DNA of 60,655 bases, counting the filler, from Basidioascus undulatus (lineage: Eukaryota): NCBI GenBank assembly GCA_000826855.1. It is 8 parts of 8 records of this genome, joined end to end, with 100 filler letters (N's around TTAATTAATTAA, not from the genome) between each part and the next. Parts side by side here need not be neighbours in the genome. Positions count along the whole stretch, not along the records: positions 1 to 4,913 come from JTLS01002046.1; positions 5,014 to 9,918 come from JTLS01002047.1; positions 10,019 to 14,909 come from JTLS01002049.1; 5 more parts are not named here. One strand, 5' to 3'. Made by a program: the position numbers and the translations under genes. Positions 1 to 12,090 of the stretch are shown here, piece after piece; positions within the stretch are counted from its first letter, which is position 1, and each line of letters begins with the position of its first letter. The notes under the pieces are model-generated. The model saw nothing but the letters and a program-made list of their open reading frames with translations. It searched no databases and was not told where the DNA came from.

Positions 1-785
1 ATGTGCTGCTTTCACGCACGTAAGCTTGCGTTCGAGTGGGATGGGAACTGAAGAAGTAGCGCTCGCGGAGGTGCGAGCGGAGGATGAGGGTGAGAGAGGT
101 GGGGCGCATGGTGCGTTGATTTGCTTGGTTGGTTGTTAAAGTGGGTGAGTGGTATGGAGCGTGTGTAGAACAGGTTGTGGCGAGAAGGCAAGAGAACAGC
201 AAGCGAAGCGGGAAGATCGCCCTGCGCCGGCGGGCCGATCTCCGCCGAGGAGGCTCCCAGCAACTCCCAGGGGTCTTCTCACTCGCTGGTTCCCAACAGT
301 CGCCGACACACATCACACACATAAACATATTCCGAGTGAGCGGGACATGTATCTTCGGAAACGACAGATGGAGAGACGGAGTATGAGCGAGACAGAGGCG
401 TGGAAACAACTAGAGTACTATGAGAGACGAGAGACGTGATAGCGAGTGTATAGGGAGCGTGGACACAGCCAGGCAGCGGTAGCGTGAGTGGGACGAACAG
501 GGATGCAGAACCATAAAAGCGGCGGGTAAATGTTAGAGAATAGAAAGAATCATGCGTGGGTAAAAAGTAAGAAGCAGAGGGGTAAAGGCAGGGCGTGAAA
601 CCAAGATGTTCGCGTGGGGGGATGGGGAAATAGCACAGATGGGTATCGCCGGGAGAAAGCGTAAGACGGCTGGAGAAGAGCATGTCAGCACGGGTTTGTC
701 GAAGGAGATGGAGGGGGAGAAAGGGCGTACGTGACCAAAAGAAGCGACAGGAACGGAAAGGGGGACCAGCCGAAACAAAGGGTGT

Positions 786-2710
786 TTACAGCAGACCGCA
801 ATCCCGCTGTTGCCCACGGCAAGTTCCGTCAGTACATGACGTTGGCGGAAGGGAGAGACAAGAGAGGCGGAAACGCACGAGGTTTGCTTGGATGACGATG
901 TCGTTGATGGCCGAGAGGACGAACTTGATCTGGTTCGTGTCGGTGGCGCTGTACATCCACCCCAACAACCGGCCGCGTCAGCAAGTGCGCTCTCGCCCCC
1001 CCAAAACAGCAGCGATCGGGGAGAGCGAAGATAGGTAGAAGAGTAGAAGGGAAAATGGAGAAGGGAACGCACCAAGTGTAGTGCGCGTAAATCTGCTTCA
1101 CCTCGCTCTGGTTGAGGCTCACAAACCGGTTCAAGATGTACTCGCACGCCGAGTCGTAGTCGTTCGCGCCCTCGTAGTCGGGGAAGAACTCCTTGAGCGG
1201 CGAGCGCGGGAGCTTCTCGCGGAAGATGTCGATCTACCACCCACAACACATCAGTTTCTTCCTTTCCTTCCTTCCTTTTTTCCGTTCCTTTCTTTCGAAG
1301 GAAGGAAGACGCCGCATGCGGTGGGGTGGACGAACTTTGTTGAGGAAGAGGATGATCGACGTCCGGACGAACCAACGCGAGTTGCAGATCGAGTCGAAGA
1401 GCGTGAGCGCCTCTTGCATGCGGTTCTGGGCGGGCACGATTGAAGCTCGCGTGAGCGGGTAGTCTTGACAGAAAGGGGCTGCTGGGCAGATAGGGGACTT
1501 ACGACGCTCTCGTCCTCGTACAGCTTCTGGTCGTACTCGCTGATAGCGACAAGGAACACGATAGCGGTGACCTGCTCGGGCGCGTGTCCATTCATCAGTA
1601 CTTCCTCGTCGGGGGTAAGGGGAGGAAGGGGTAGGGAGGCAAGGGGGAGGGGGAGAAAAAGCGACGCACGTTCTCGAAACAGTGGATCCACTTCTTGCGC
1701 TCGGAGCGCTGCCCACCGACGTCGAAGAGCTTGTACGTGAGCTCGCCGATGCGGAACGTCGTCTCCGTGATGCCCGTCGTCTTGACGCGCGAGCGGAGCA
1801 CGTCCTGGTCCGTCGGCAGGTAGTCGGAGGACGCCATGCGGTTGATCGCGTCGAAGTAGCTGTGTGACATCCATCAGCAACCGAACTTGTAGGAAAGGCA
1901 AATGGGGAGGGAAGGAAGGGAGAAGGGAAGAAGGGAAGGTCGAGAAAGGGAAGGTGGGAAGGTGGAGAGAAGGGGGCAGGAGAGCGACTTACTACTTCGC
2001 CGAGTCGTTCAGCTGGAACTCGCGGCTCTTTGCAAACGTGTCCTGCACGCCGCGGTCCTTCCAGAGGCGGTCGATGGCGTCAAACGTCTCAGGCGTCATC
2101 ATGTCGAGCTCGATTTGCGCGGGGAGGTTCATGATGATCTGCGCCGGGCGCTGGCACGACGCCTTGTCCGCCAGCTGGATCCCCATCATCTCCATCGCTT
2201 CGAGGATGACCCTGCGGTCCCAGTCCCACATCAGCCAAACCCGGGGAGACGAGGGGAGTGCGATGGAGGGAAGGGTGAGAAGAGAAGGAACGCACCGCAT
2301 CGACTGCACAGTGTTGGAGAAGATAATCTCCTTGAACGCCTCGCGCTCCTCGGGCGTGTACGACCCCTGGTGGATGAGCTTCATCTGTTTGAGGACCGTC
2401 GACTGTGCGCGCCCATCATACCCACCCCAACCTCTCCTTGTCAGCGCCCTTCCTTCAAGACCCAGCGCCGCCGGAGACGCACCTTGCCCGACTCTCCGGC
2501 ACCGAGCAAGAGCATCTTGATCTCGTTGCGGAGGTTGGCGCGGTCCTTGCGGAGCTGCGCGTCGATCTGCTCGTTGCCTGTTCCGTCCCGCGCCCCCACC
2601 CCAATGAGCCATGCTCCCCACCCGGACCAGGATACGTCCTAGATGGCGAGTAGGAGTGGCGACGTACGGGCTTTGCCCTCGGCGTCCTCAGTCGACTGCA
2701 TGCAACCCAT
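786..2710 (-). CDS. gna-1: Heterotrimeric G-protein alpha subunit, fungal group I (Galpha-i-like; Neurospora GNA-1 / Cryptococcus Gpa2 type), multi-exon, complete
   Basis: Spliced translation begins [15 protein letters not shown] (ATG 2710; myristoylation/palmitoylation MGC). It contains [23 protein letters not shown] (P-loop), [38 protein letters not shown] and HYTCATDT, and ends NLRDCGLL* (TAA 786-788). Introns are GT-AG. Confidence 0.97.
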
Positions 2711-4913
2711 ATTTGTCGACTAGCGGGGGATGGGGTGTGGTAGGGTAGGGTAGAACGAGCGGCGGGGTAAGCGGTGGGACGGGGAAGGGTAGTCCTCGTG
2801 CGTCGCCAAGAAAGGAGTAGAGAAGGTGGATGAAGAGGCGTCGGGGATCGGCGCGGCGTATGGGCTGAAGGAAGAGGAGGAGGAGGAAGAGCGGCGGTGA
2901 GCCTGATTGTCCAGAACAGAGAGGGAGCTGGCTGAGTGAGAGAGGACCCGAAAGAAAGGGAGCGACCGCCCGACAAGGCTTCGCTTCCCTCCCCGAAAGG
3001 GGAGCGCAGACAAGCGGTCTGAGCGACGCTCAGGCCCCGCGCACCGACGAGCTGCACCCTCGCTCACGGCCTTGCGCGCGCCCTCCACCCGCACACGCCG
3101 AACACCCTGCAACTCTAGGCAGTCTGGGGGAAATACGCACCTCGCGAGGGGGTATCTACGTGGGAGGAGGAGGAGGTGAGGGAGGGAGAAGGAGACAAGG
3201 AGACAAGGAGAGCTCGATCGTTGAAGTTGGAAGGCCCGTCGCAGCGCTGTCTCGACGCAACTTGCCTTTCCTTTGCCGACACGCTGCGTTTCATACCGGA
3301 TGCCATGTGCCAGACGTCAAACACGCCACAAAGCTCGCGTGCATTCATTTTCCCCCTCTTCTTTCTCCCTTCCTCTCAAAACGTTTCTGCCTTTTAAGTC
3401 GCGGCGAGGAAAGCTGCACACCGCGATATTTAAAACTTCGCAACACTCGCAGATCACATCCCGGCCCGACTCGGGTCAAGAAAGCAACAACAGCCGACAC
3501 ACTTCACAGGAACACCCCGCGCGGCTTCAGGTCTCAGGTCTCAGGACCACACATCGTTCACAAGTTGATGAACCCTCCGCCGTTTTTGTGCGACAGGGCG
3601 ACGTCCACGTCAATCGAAACGTCTTTGAGGAGCGGGTTGTTGAAAGGATTAGCACAGCCGCCATTACGTTTCATTTTCAGCAAGCGAGCAATGGCCGATC
3701 ACGGCGGCTTGCGCCCATAAACCGTTGCCGTGTGTCTTCGCTTGGATGTGAAGTAAGTGCTATCGCACGAAGAAGCCCTGACGTAGGTGAGGAATGCGAG
3801 AGGGACGAGCGAAACGCAGACAGGCTCTCGCTTGGATCGCCCAGGCCGCTCGCAAGTTGGAGGCGCAGCACATTTGTTGCTGTGGTGCTGCAGAGCCTGG
3901 TCGCTTAAACATGGTCAAAGCATGGAGGAGCGCTGCTATGGGGCGGCGCTTTGTGATGCGATGAGGGAGGAGGAAGGACAATTAGCACTTGAAGACATGA
4001 AGAGGGTATTGTCCATCTGCGCAAGCAATGGCTTGGTGTGGTGTTTTTGCCTTTCTTGACTTTTAAATACTTAACATTTGTTGTACTTGATACAGCTTTG
4101 ACAGTATACCTGACAGGTTGTGCATTACAGTATTGAAGGTGTTGTTTGGTCAGTGTCTTCCCGAAGTCCCCAGGGGATACAAAAGGCGTCTTGAGTTGCT
4201 GGCTGTGGCTTAGCTTCGGCATCAGATATCCGAGCGCCTCCCTGAAACATGGTGCTAGACGGACAAGAAGAATCGAACTCGCTATGAATCAGTATCGAGC
4301 CCTGGAGCGCACAGGCGGCGACAGGCTGCAGGTCAAGAATTGGGCGAAAACCGCCAAGCACGACTGAGACGTCGACAGGGGTTCCAGCGACCATCACCAT
4401 CTCCTCCACTCTCGTCTCCGCTTCAACATTTCAGGCTCTACCGATGGTACTTGGGCCTTGATCACTGCAGTGGGTTTCAACTGGGTCGTGGGATTTGTTC
4501 GTAAGTCGTCAATGGGGCTCTCTGGGAAGAGCAGTTCAACGTTCTCATTGTATACCAAGGCAGTCCTGCGATCGGCCCCGGGGCCAGCCGCTTCTCAAGC
4601 CGACGGGAAGGGCGGTCAAGGTGCGCAGACTCACGACCATGGGCGCCATATCATGAAGTTGATTTCAGGAACAACAGGCTCCAAACCTGCTCCGGCGGGC
4701 GATGCATGCTTTGCGGCCGAAGCCACCTGGATTCGTTCCCAATCGCGAGCTGGTGCTTCATCAACTTTCCAAGATGCACCGAGACGACATAAAAGGATGC
4801 TGAACCTCTGTTCCGTTGTCACTCAGCCCGCAGAGGCCCTGATAGCCCAGAATGACTCAGGCATCCTGATCCATCTTGTTTCAGCATTCGAGCTTGTCAG
4901 GAAGGCGTACAGC

Positions 4914-5013
4914 NNNNNNNNNNNNNNNNNNNNNNNNNNNNNNNNNNNNNNNNNNNNTTAATTAATTAANNNNNNNNNNNNNNNNNNNNNNNNNNNNNNN
5001 NNNNNNNNNNNNN
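4914..5013. other. Artificial contig spacer N44-TTAATTAATTAA-N44
   Basis: Exactly 100 bp with a central 12-mer that gives stops in all six frames; identical at all seven gaps. Confidence 0.98.
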
Positions 5014-5105
5014 CGAGTCGTGCGTTCCCGTCCCTCCTTCCCCTTCTCCCCTCTCCATCCCCTCCCTTATTCACGTCTCATTGTCATCGCCGCCCCCATC
5101 CGCAG

Positions 5106-5589
5106 GATCATCACCCGCATCGCAGCCGCGACGAGGCTCCTGCACTACCTGTGCATCCCCCCTCTCACACCGGACCCGCTCGGCGGCGGGGGGTTCAAGA
5201 TAGCTACAAAACTTCACGAGGGCGCCGGGGGCGTGTACCACATGTTCACCGTGGCGTTCGGGCGGCTGAGCTTTGCGTACCCGCCAGAGTGGCTGCCTGA
5301 GCCTGATCAGCGCGAGCTCGAGACGCTTGCAGGTGCGTCTTCTCTGCTGGCGTGGGTTTGTGGCAAGACGCGCAGCTGATCCGTTCGGCGTGGGTGCGAT
5401 ACAGATGTCGCTGCGGACGTGCTCGACAGCGCTTGCGAGGCGTGTCCCGATGCAGACGCCATCTTCGATGCTCTCCAAGGCTCGGGCGACGAAGAGGGGC
5501 ATGCGGAGGAGATGGACGTTGTCCCGCCGGATGACAGCCAGACGCAGGTGGACGAGGAGTCCATGCGAGCGGCAGGATGGCAAGACTAG
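5106..5589 (+). CDS. 3' exons of an unidentified protein (5' part lost at gap)
   Basis: CAG acceptor ends at 5105. Exon reads IITRIAAATRLLHYLC...YHMFTVAFGRLSFAYPPEWLPEPDQRELETLA, then a GTGCGT...CAG intron, then an acidic terminal exon DVAADVLDSACEACPDADAIFDALQ...GWQD* (TAG 5587-5589). GC3-rich codons. No family assigned with confidence. Confidence 0.7.
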
Positions 5590-5858
5590 GCCGCGCGGCT
5601 CATGCAATGCATTCACAGGACTTTCACGTAACGTTGCGCTTCTTAAGAGTATGCGTGTTGAATGAGCAGAAACAAATCAACAGACTGCGCAGAAGTCTAG
5701 ACAGCGGGACGAGTGCGGGTATCGGTGTTTACAAGGACAGCCCGATAGCGGCGACAGACACGAGAACGGAAGCGCGTGGGACCAATATGAGCAATTGAAT
5801 GGAGATAAGAAAAAGCAAGGACGCCAAGTGGCGAGGAAAGTGGAAGACCCGTCACGTT

Positions 5859-8800
5859 CTAGACGGTCGAGACGATCCTGCAGTAAGAGCACCGCCGATG
5901 AGCCAAATCCGTCGATCCGTGCGAAAGAAGTTGAAACAAACGGGATGGACACGCACTCGTCCGCCCGGTTGAGCGCCTCGACCATCTTGATACACTCCTT
6001 GCGGCGCTGGACGACAAAGTCGCTTTCTTTCATGAGGTCGTCGAGCACGTCGGCCTTGTAGAGCTCCTGCAGCAGCTCCCGCTGGAGGTTCTCCTTCGAG
6101 TGGTTGACGAGAGTGTACGAGATCGCCTTGGGCACCATGTCGATCATCTCGCGCTTGACGATGTTAAAGTAGGACGTGATCAGAAGCTCTGTGGGAAGGG
6201 AGACTTGTCGGCACCGGACCGAGATATCAATCAGGCGCCACACGCACTGATAACCTCCGTTTCCAGCGTTTCCCGGTCGCTCAGAGCCGCTTGCGGACGG
6301 ATCTGCGCGGGAGGCTGAAAAATAGAAAATAGGAGCATGTCAGTCCCGACTCGCCGGCAGAAAGACCAGACGCGAACGACGGACCGCCTCCATGACCGGC
6401 CCACCCTTCTTCTTCGCGGTGCCCTTGGCAGAGAAGAAGCTGCCGAAGAAGCTGGGCTCCTCCTTCTTGATCTCGACGTCCAGGTCGCGGTTGTTGTTGA
6501 TGGCGCCCGGCGCGAGCTTGCCGCTCTTAGGGTCGGTCGCGGGCGGGGGCGGCTTCGCGACGTTCAGGCGGTCGGTCACGATAGCCATGGCCTGCGAGAA
6601 GCGCGCTGCCGCATCAGCATCGTTCGCTGCTGAGAGACAAGAGCGAGAAAGCGGGTACCTTGTGGCCGTTCAGGAAGTCGGGGTGGGTGGTGTTGATGTA
6701 GCAGGCTTGCATGCTGTTCAAGGACGAGCGTGGTCAGCAAACTGGAGAAGGGCGACGCAAGTTGCAGCGGCTTACCTGACCATGTCGGTAACCAGCTTCT
6801 GCGTCGGGTCCATTGCGCGCTTGAAGAACGCGATGACGACCGAGTTGAAGCGATCCTTCAGCGCGGGGTAGCGCTTGAAGGCTTGCTGTGAACGTTCACG
6901 AGCGGGCGTCAGATACAGCCTCATGCTAGAGATTAGCCAAGCGACGCACGATCTTCGACAAGAGCTGCGCCAATATCCGGATGAGCTCGTCGTAGACCAG
7001 GTGGGTGCACTTGATCGAGGGGTCCTCGAGGCGGCGGATCTGCTGCTTGACGATGACCTCGAACGCAGTCGTCCCGACGAAGAGGGAAGGAGTAGATCCC
7101 TGCAACACAGCGGTTAGCATGGGCAGTCCGCGGCATGTGACAGAACGGAGATGAGCCGCACGGAAGAGTTGTACAGGATCGTCCGGATGTCGCCGTCCTT
7201 GACCTGGTCGAAGGGGTCGATGGACTTGATGCCGTTGTTGAAGAGCTCGTGGAAGACAAAGCTGATGCGAGCACCGCCCGAGAGCTCGTTGAGCGACAGG
7301 TCGTGCGTGTTACCATCGATCACCGTCCGGAACTCGTTCGTGAACTCCGTGATGACAGCGAGAACGACGTTGCCCTGCGCAGAGACGCCGGAGTCAGCAT
7401 GCTAGCTGTTGAAAACGGTCTGGATCGGTACGTACCCCATTGTTCTCGCCCTGGGCGCCACCGAGCGATTGAAGCTCCGCGTTGAACTTTGCGAGCGAGC
7501 TGGAGATCTTGGCCTTGATGTCGGGGAGGGTGGACTTGATGTGATGCATGAGGATCTTGGGCAAGGAAAGCGCAAAGTTAGCATCGCCCCTTTCACGTCC
7601 CCCGCCATTCGGAGCGCACCATGTTCAGCTTGCGAGACAGGAACGGCGTGCCGCAGTACTGCGCCTTGCTCCGGTAGCTCGGGTGGTTCTCGAAGTACTG
7701 GCGCTCCGACTCGAGCGCAGCCGAGATAGCCCGCTTCTGCTCGATGTCGCGCTGGCCGCGGTTGACAACGGGGACGTAGCCGAGACGGAGAGGGATGACA
7801 CGACCGGCGAGAATGTCGACGACGTCCGTGCCCTGGTCCATCAGGTCGACCTTGGTCAGGACACCGATAGTCCGGGTACCTGCAGTTCGCGCCCACTCCC
7901 AAGTCAGCTTTACATGAGCGTGTTCCCTGACCAGCCACAACGCACCCTCCGGGTCCACCTCCCGCGCCAGCTTCAGACCATCAGAGTTCGCCAAGTCGGT
8001 GTTCGCCGCGGTGACGGCAAGAATGATCGCGTTCGGCTTGCTGATGTACTTGTAGAGCATGTCGCGGATCTGCCGCTCGATATCTCGGGGCTGATCGCCG
8101 ACGGGGACCTGAACAGCCCAGCGAAGGTGAGTGCTGAACTCCCAAGCAAGCATCAAGCCAGATTGCGTGCGCACCTTGGTAAGGCCCGGCAGGTCGACGA
8201 GGGTGAGGGTGAGGACATTCGGGGAGTAGATGCGAAGGTTGATGGGGAGAGGAGAGATGCCTATCCAGAGCCCGCATGAGCACACCGCGTTCTGTCCTCC
8301 AGCTTCCTCCAGCACGGTGGCCACACTGCCACTCACCAGCATTCTTGCCAGTCTTCGCCTCCGTGTCCCGCACAATCTCGTCACGAATCTTGTCGAAGTC
8401 GTGGAACTTCTCGCCAGGGAGATGAAGGAACTCGCCCCACTCGTCCGGGTTGCTCTCGTTTGTCCGGGTAGCTGTGTACCACACAGACACGCGCGTCAGT
8501 GCCTTCCCGCGACCAGTGCCAGCGCGAGCGCGGGAAGACCGCACCAGGAGTCTCCGCACCGTCAACAACACCGTTCGAAGCGCCCGACCTTGGCCGGTTG
8601 ATCAGTTGAAGAACCTACACAGAAAAATATCAACTTCGCCATCAGTCCTAGCTCCAGGAGGCGAACGAAGGCCGGCGGTGGCGTACAAGGGGACGGCGGG
8701 TGACGATGCCGGTTCCACGGGGAAGGAAGTCACGCCCGACCTGCAACCCTCCAGTTCAGTCCATGCATCTTTAGGCATCCAGATGCATAATGGAACTCAC

Positions 8801-9158
8801 GATGTTCTGCCAATTCCCATTCGCCATAGGCCCAAGCCCGCATCAGTTCCGCCCCTGCCGACACAGCCTCAGACCAGACCGCTTCCAAACCCACCTCCAG
8901 CACCGACGACTTGCCGCTGTACCACCACAAAGTCAGATTGTTAGATATCCACTTCTCGCGCCCAGGGAAGCTGGCTGCGCACCTTGACTGCGAGCCGATA
9001 ACGGTGATCTGCGGCAGATCAATGGGGTTGGCGATGCCGACGTTGGCGAAGGCATCCTAGAAGCGGTCCCAGCTGACCATCAGCGTCCGGAACAAGGGCA
9101 CACGGATTGATGTCTTTACCTGCAGCTTGTTGACGATGCCGATGATCTGCTTGTCCAT
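5859..9158 (-). CDS. VPS1: Dynamin-related GTPase Vps1, multi-exon, complete
   Basis: Starts [16 protein letters not shown]...[41 protein letters not shown]. Contains [70 protein letters not shown] and [25 protein letters not shown]. Ends ADEIVSTV* (TAG 5859-5861). The GHKAMAIV and FFGSFF segments favour Vps1 over Dnm1. Confidence 0.95.
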
Positions 9159-9670
9159 GATGCCGACCGAGCAAGTAGACGAGCGCGGGGGTGGGTCGGG
9201 TGCTGGCGCGGCAGGGAGATTGCGAGTGAGTACGCGCCTCATAGGCACCGAGGACCTCTTCTGCACAAGCGGTGTCTTACTATAAATGTACGTGAATTGG
9301 TCGTATGCGACGCTGGTACGGAAACGAGCGAGCGAGAATGCGAGGCGTGATGAAGGTCGAGGGTAAGGTGCGATCCGCACACGCGCGCGACTGAGTGCCA
9401 CGCTCAGGCGGGCCGTCGTCGCAGCTGCGGTTCCAATGCGGTTCAGTTTGAGCGGACGCTTTCAGGGCAGCGCTAGCAGACCCGTCCTGCTCACATTCAT
9501 GCTTCAGGTGCAGTTCATGAATACTGTCGCCAACTGTCGCACACGCTTGTTGCATACGAGTATAAAATATCGCCCTGCCTCGCCTTAATCATACATCGTA
9601 ACGTAGTCGAATGGTCTGAAAGCGCAAGAAGATGCTCTGCCCGTCCCACCCATACCGACCCCTCAAACGC

Positions 9671-9859
9671 TCAACGTCTCCCTCCTAAAGCACCCCCCGG
9701 GTTGTTTGGGTCGAACCCTCCCGGACTGGAACGGGTCCCCCACCCCACCCCGTTGCTCGCGCCGCCGTAATTGCCATAGCCCGCCGGCGGCGGGAGGTAC
9801 CCACCATCATAGGCGTTACCAGCATAGGCCTTGTACGCTAGGGGCTGCGGGCACCCAGT
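9671..9859 (-). CDS. Probable terminal exon of an unidentified gene cut by the gap (Gly/Tyr/Pro-rich tail)
   Basis: GCTCAG branch-like motif and CAG acceptor at 9860-9862, then an open frame TGCPQPLAYKAYAGNAYDGGYLPPPAGYGNYGG...GGRR*. Confidence 0.4.
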   Translation of the reverse strand, partial: TGCPQPLAYKAYAGNAYDGGYLPPPAGYGNYGGASNGVGWGTRSSPGGFDPNNPGGALGGRR

Positions 9860-9918
9860 CTGCACCGGCGCCTGTGTCGGCTGAGCGTACGCGCGGCCCG
9901 AGGCGGACGGGGCAACGA

Positions 9919-10018
9919 NNNNNNNNNNNNNNNNNNNNNNNNNNNNNNNNNNNNNNNNNNNNTTAATTAATTAANNNNNNNNNNNNNNNNNNNNNNNNNN
10001 NNNNNNNNNNNNNNNNNN
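9919..10018. other. Artificial contig spacer
   Basis: N44-TTAATTAATTAA-N44. Confidence 0.98.
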
Positions 10019-10069
10019 ACGCGTAGCGGATGGGGCGGAGGTGGGAGATCGGCGAGGGAGGGGCGACAG

Positions 10070-12090
10070 ATGGTTCCCTGGTCCGCTGATCAAGAGCGTG
10101 TTTGGCGAGCCGACGGGGACGAGCGCAAAGTTCGCGAGCATGATGAAGGCTAGTGTGTGGGAGTACTTGTGAGTCCATTCCCCCCTCCCCCTTCTTTCTC
10201 TTCTTTGGGAGGGTGGCTGAGTGTTGGATGGATGCAGTGTGGAGAAGCACGGCCTCCAGCTGGACAAGATCACGGCGATGCCGCTCGAGGGGGAGGGCAA
10301 GGTCGAGGACCGCGTGGACAAGCTTTATCGGCAGCTGCTGGGGAGGAAGGAATGGATACAGGTATGTCGGGTTGCGCGCGGTCGGGGAAGGGGAAGAAGA
10401 AGCTGATGGGGATTGTCTGGGGGAATAGGATCTCTATGAGGCAGACGTCGTGTTCGTCGCTACCCACTCGCAGGGCACAGTCGCCTCCACGGTGAGTGAA
10501 ATCCCATGTGCCCTGAGCACACGAAAGAGCGCACGCGGCTTAACCCTCCATGCACCAGATGCTCCTCCAGCGCCTAATCGAGCAAGGGCACGTCCGCACG
10601 CGTGCCTTCCCCTCGGGCACGGAGCCCTACGTCCCCCCCACCCCCATCTCCCTCGGCTCCTCCACCACCTCCTCCTTCCGCCGCACCGCCTCCACTTCCT
10701 ACCCCACGCCCCTCCGCGGCGAGCAGCGCATCGCGCTCCTCGCCATGTGCGGCATCTCGGGCGGCCCGCACGCGTACCTCGGCTCCAGCGGCGTCGGCAC
10801 GTACTTGCAATACTTCGAAACAGCTGCGGCGAGGGAGTTGTTTGAATTCCAGGTGCGTTCGCTTTGCTGGGGAGGGGGGATGGAGGGAAGGGAAACTGAG
10901 GTGAGGGTGCGGTGCGGTGTTGGGGGATCCAGGACACCCAGAGCGCGCCGGCGAGGAAGTACGAGAGTGCGCTGAGGAGGGTGCTGGACCATGGGGTCAA
11001 AGCGAGTGCGTTGCGCGTTGTTTGGGCCGATAGAAGAAACACTCGAGAGCATGCCTAATCGTATGGGCACGGTACAGTCTACGTTGCGGGCGTCGCGGAC
11101 CAAGTCGTCCCCATCTACTCGGCGCTCAACTTGCACAGCCATCACCCTAACATCCACCGCCATCTGTACATCGATGGGCATGCGTGCGTCTTGCGGCTTG
11201 AAGGAAAATGGCAGGGCAGGACGGGGCGCAGTGCTGATGTGGAGAGATGGGGAACAGGTACCGCTCGAGCGACTTTTTGACCAACTTGCTTGTGTTCGCG
11301 ACGAACCTGCGAAACGCCGTGAGCCCTCCTCGAGGGCGGTTTGATAAAGCGGATAGATAGCTAACGGTGAAATGGGTGTGGAATGGCAGGGCATCGACGA
11401 CGACGGGCTGATCGTGCACCTCTCGGAGCCGATGGCGGGCGCGCTGACGGGCATGGGCCACTCGACGGTGTACGAGGAGCGCGGCGTGTATGACCTCGCG
11501 TGCCGCACGCTCTTCGAGACGACGGGCCCGATCCACACGCCGGAGGCAGCGGCCGCAGCGGAGGACGGGAAGCCCGTGCCGAGCCTGCGCGTCGAGCCGT
11601 TCCATGCGCTCGAGCCGAGGAGCGAGTTCGCGCTGCCGTGGGTGCGTTCGGGGTGCTTCCTCTCTTTGTGTTGGGAGAGCTGGGTACTGAGGGAGGTCAG
11701 GGTGGTGGGGCGAAGATTCTTCGTGGGATTCTGGAGAACCCGGACGTGCAGGAGCTGTTTGGCGGGGACTTGCAGGAGCTCCGGGAGGGGTTCGACCACT
11801 GGCACCCCCAGACCAAGCCGCTCAAGTGCGTTGCATTCTTTTCAATCACTTCGCCCAAGCCAGCGTTTTCTCACCCGCCGCACTCGCACAGAGACGTCCG
11901 CAAGAAGCTCGAGCCCCTCGCGTTGCGCCGGCGCAAGGTCTCATCCACCGGCGGCGGGGGCGTCACGGCGTCCTCCTCGCCTGTACTTCCCACTCCTGCG
12001 ACCCCCAAGACTGTTAAGAGTCCAAAGTCGGGGGCGTGGACGTCCCAGACACAGAAGGGCGGCGGCGGGAGCGGGCCATCCAAGTTGTAG
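10070..12090 (+). CDS. YML020W-like alpha/beta-hydrolase-fold protein (5' end lost at gap), ends in SKL
   Basis: Spliced motifs WFPGPLIKSVFGEPTGTSAKFASM, PLEGEGKVEDRV, VFVATHSQG (nucleophile elbow), AARELFEFQ, DQVVPIYSA, LIVHLSEPMAGALTGMGHSTVYEE and WHPQTKPLKDVRKKLEPL, matching the yeast YML020W family as I recall it. Stop TAG 12088-12090. Confidence 0.85.

Noticed and set aside
4125..4913. Spliced gene on the - strand at the end of contig 1
   Set aside because: Splice-like signals exist, but the frames are broken and no family is recognisable; too weak to call.
4958..4969. TTAATTAATTAA palindrome as a biological element (recurs seven times)
   Set aside because: Always centred in exactly 44+44 N; it is a six-frame stop linker added during concatenation.
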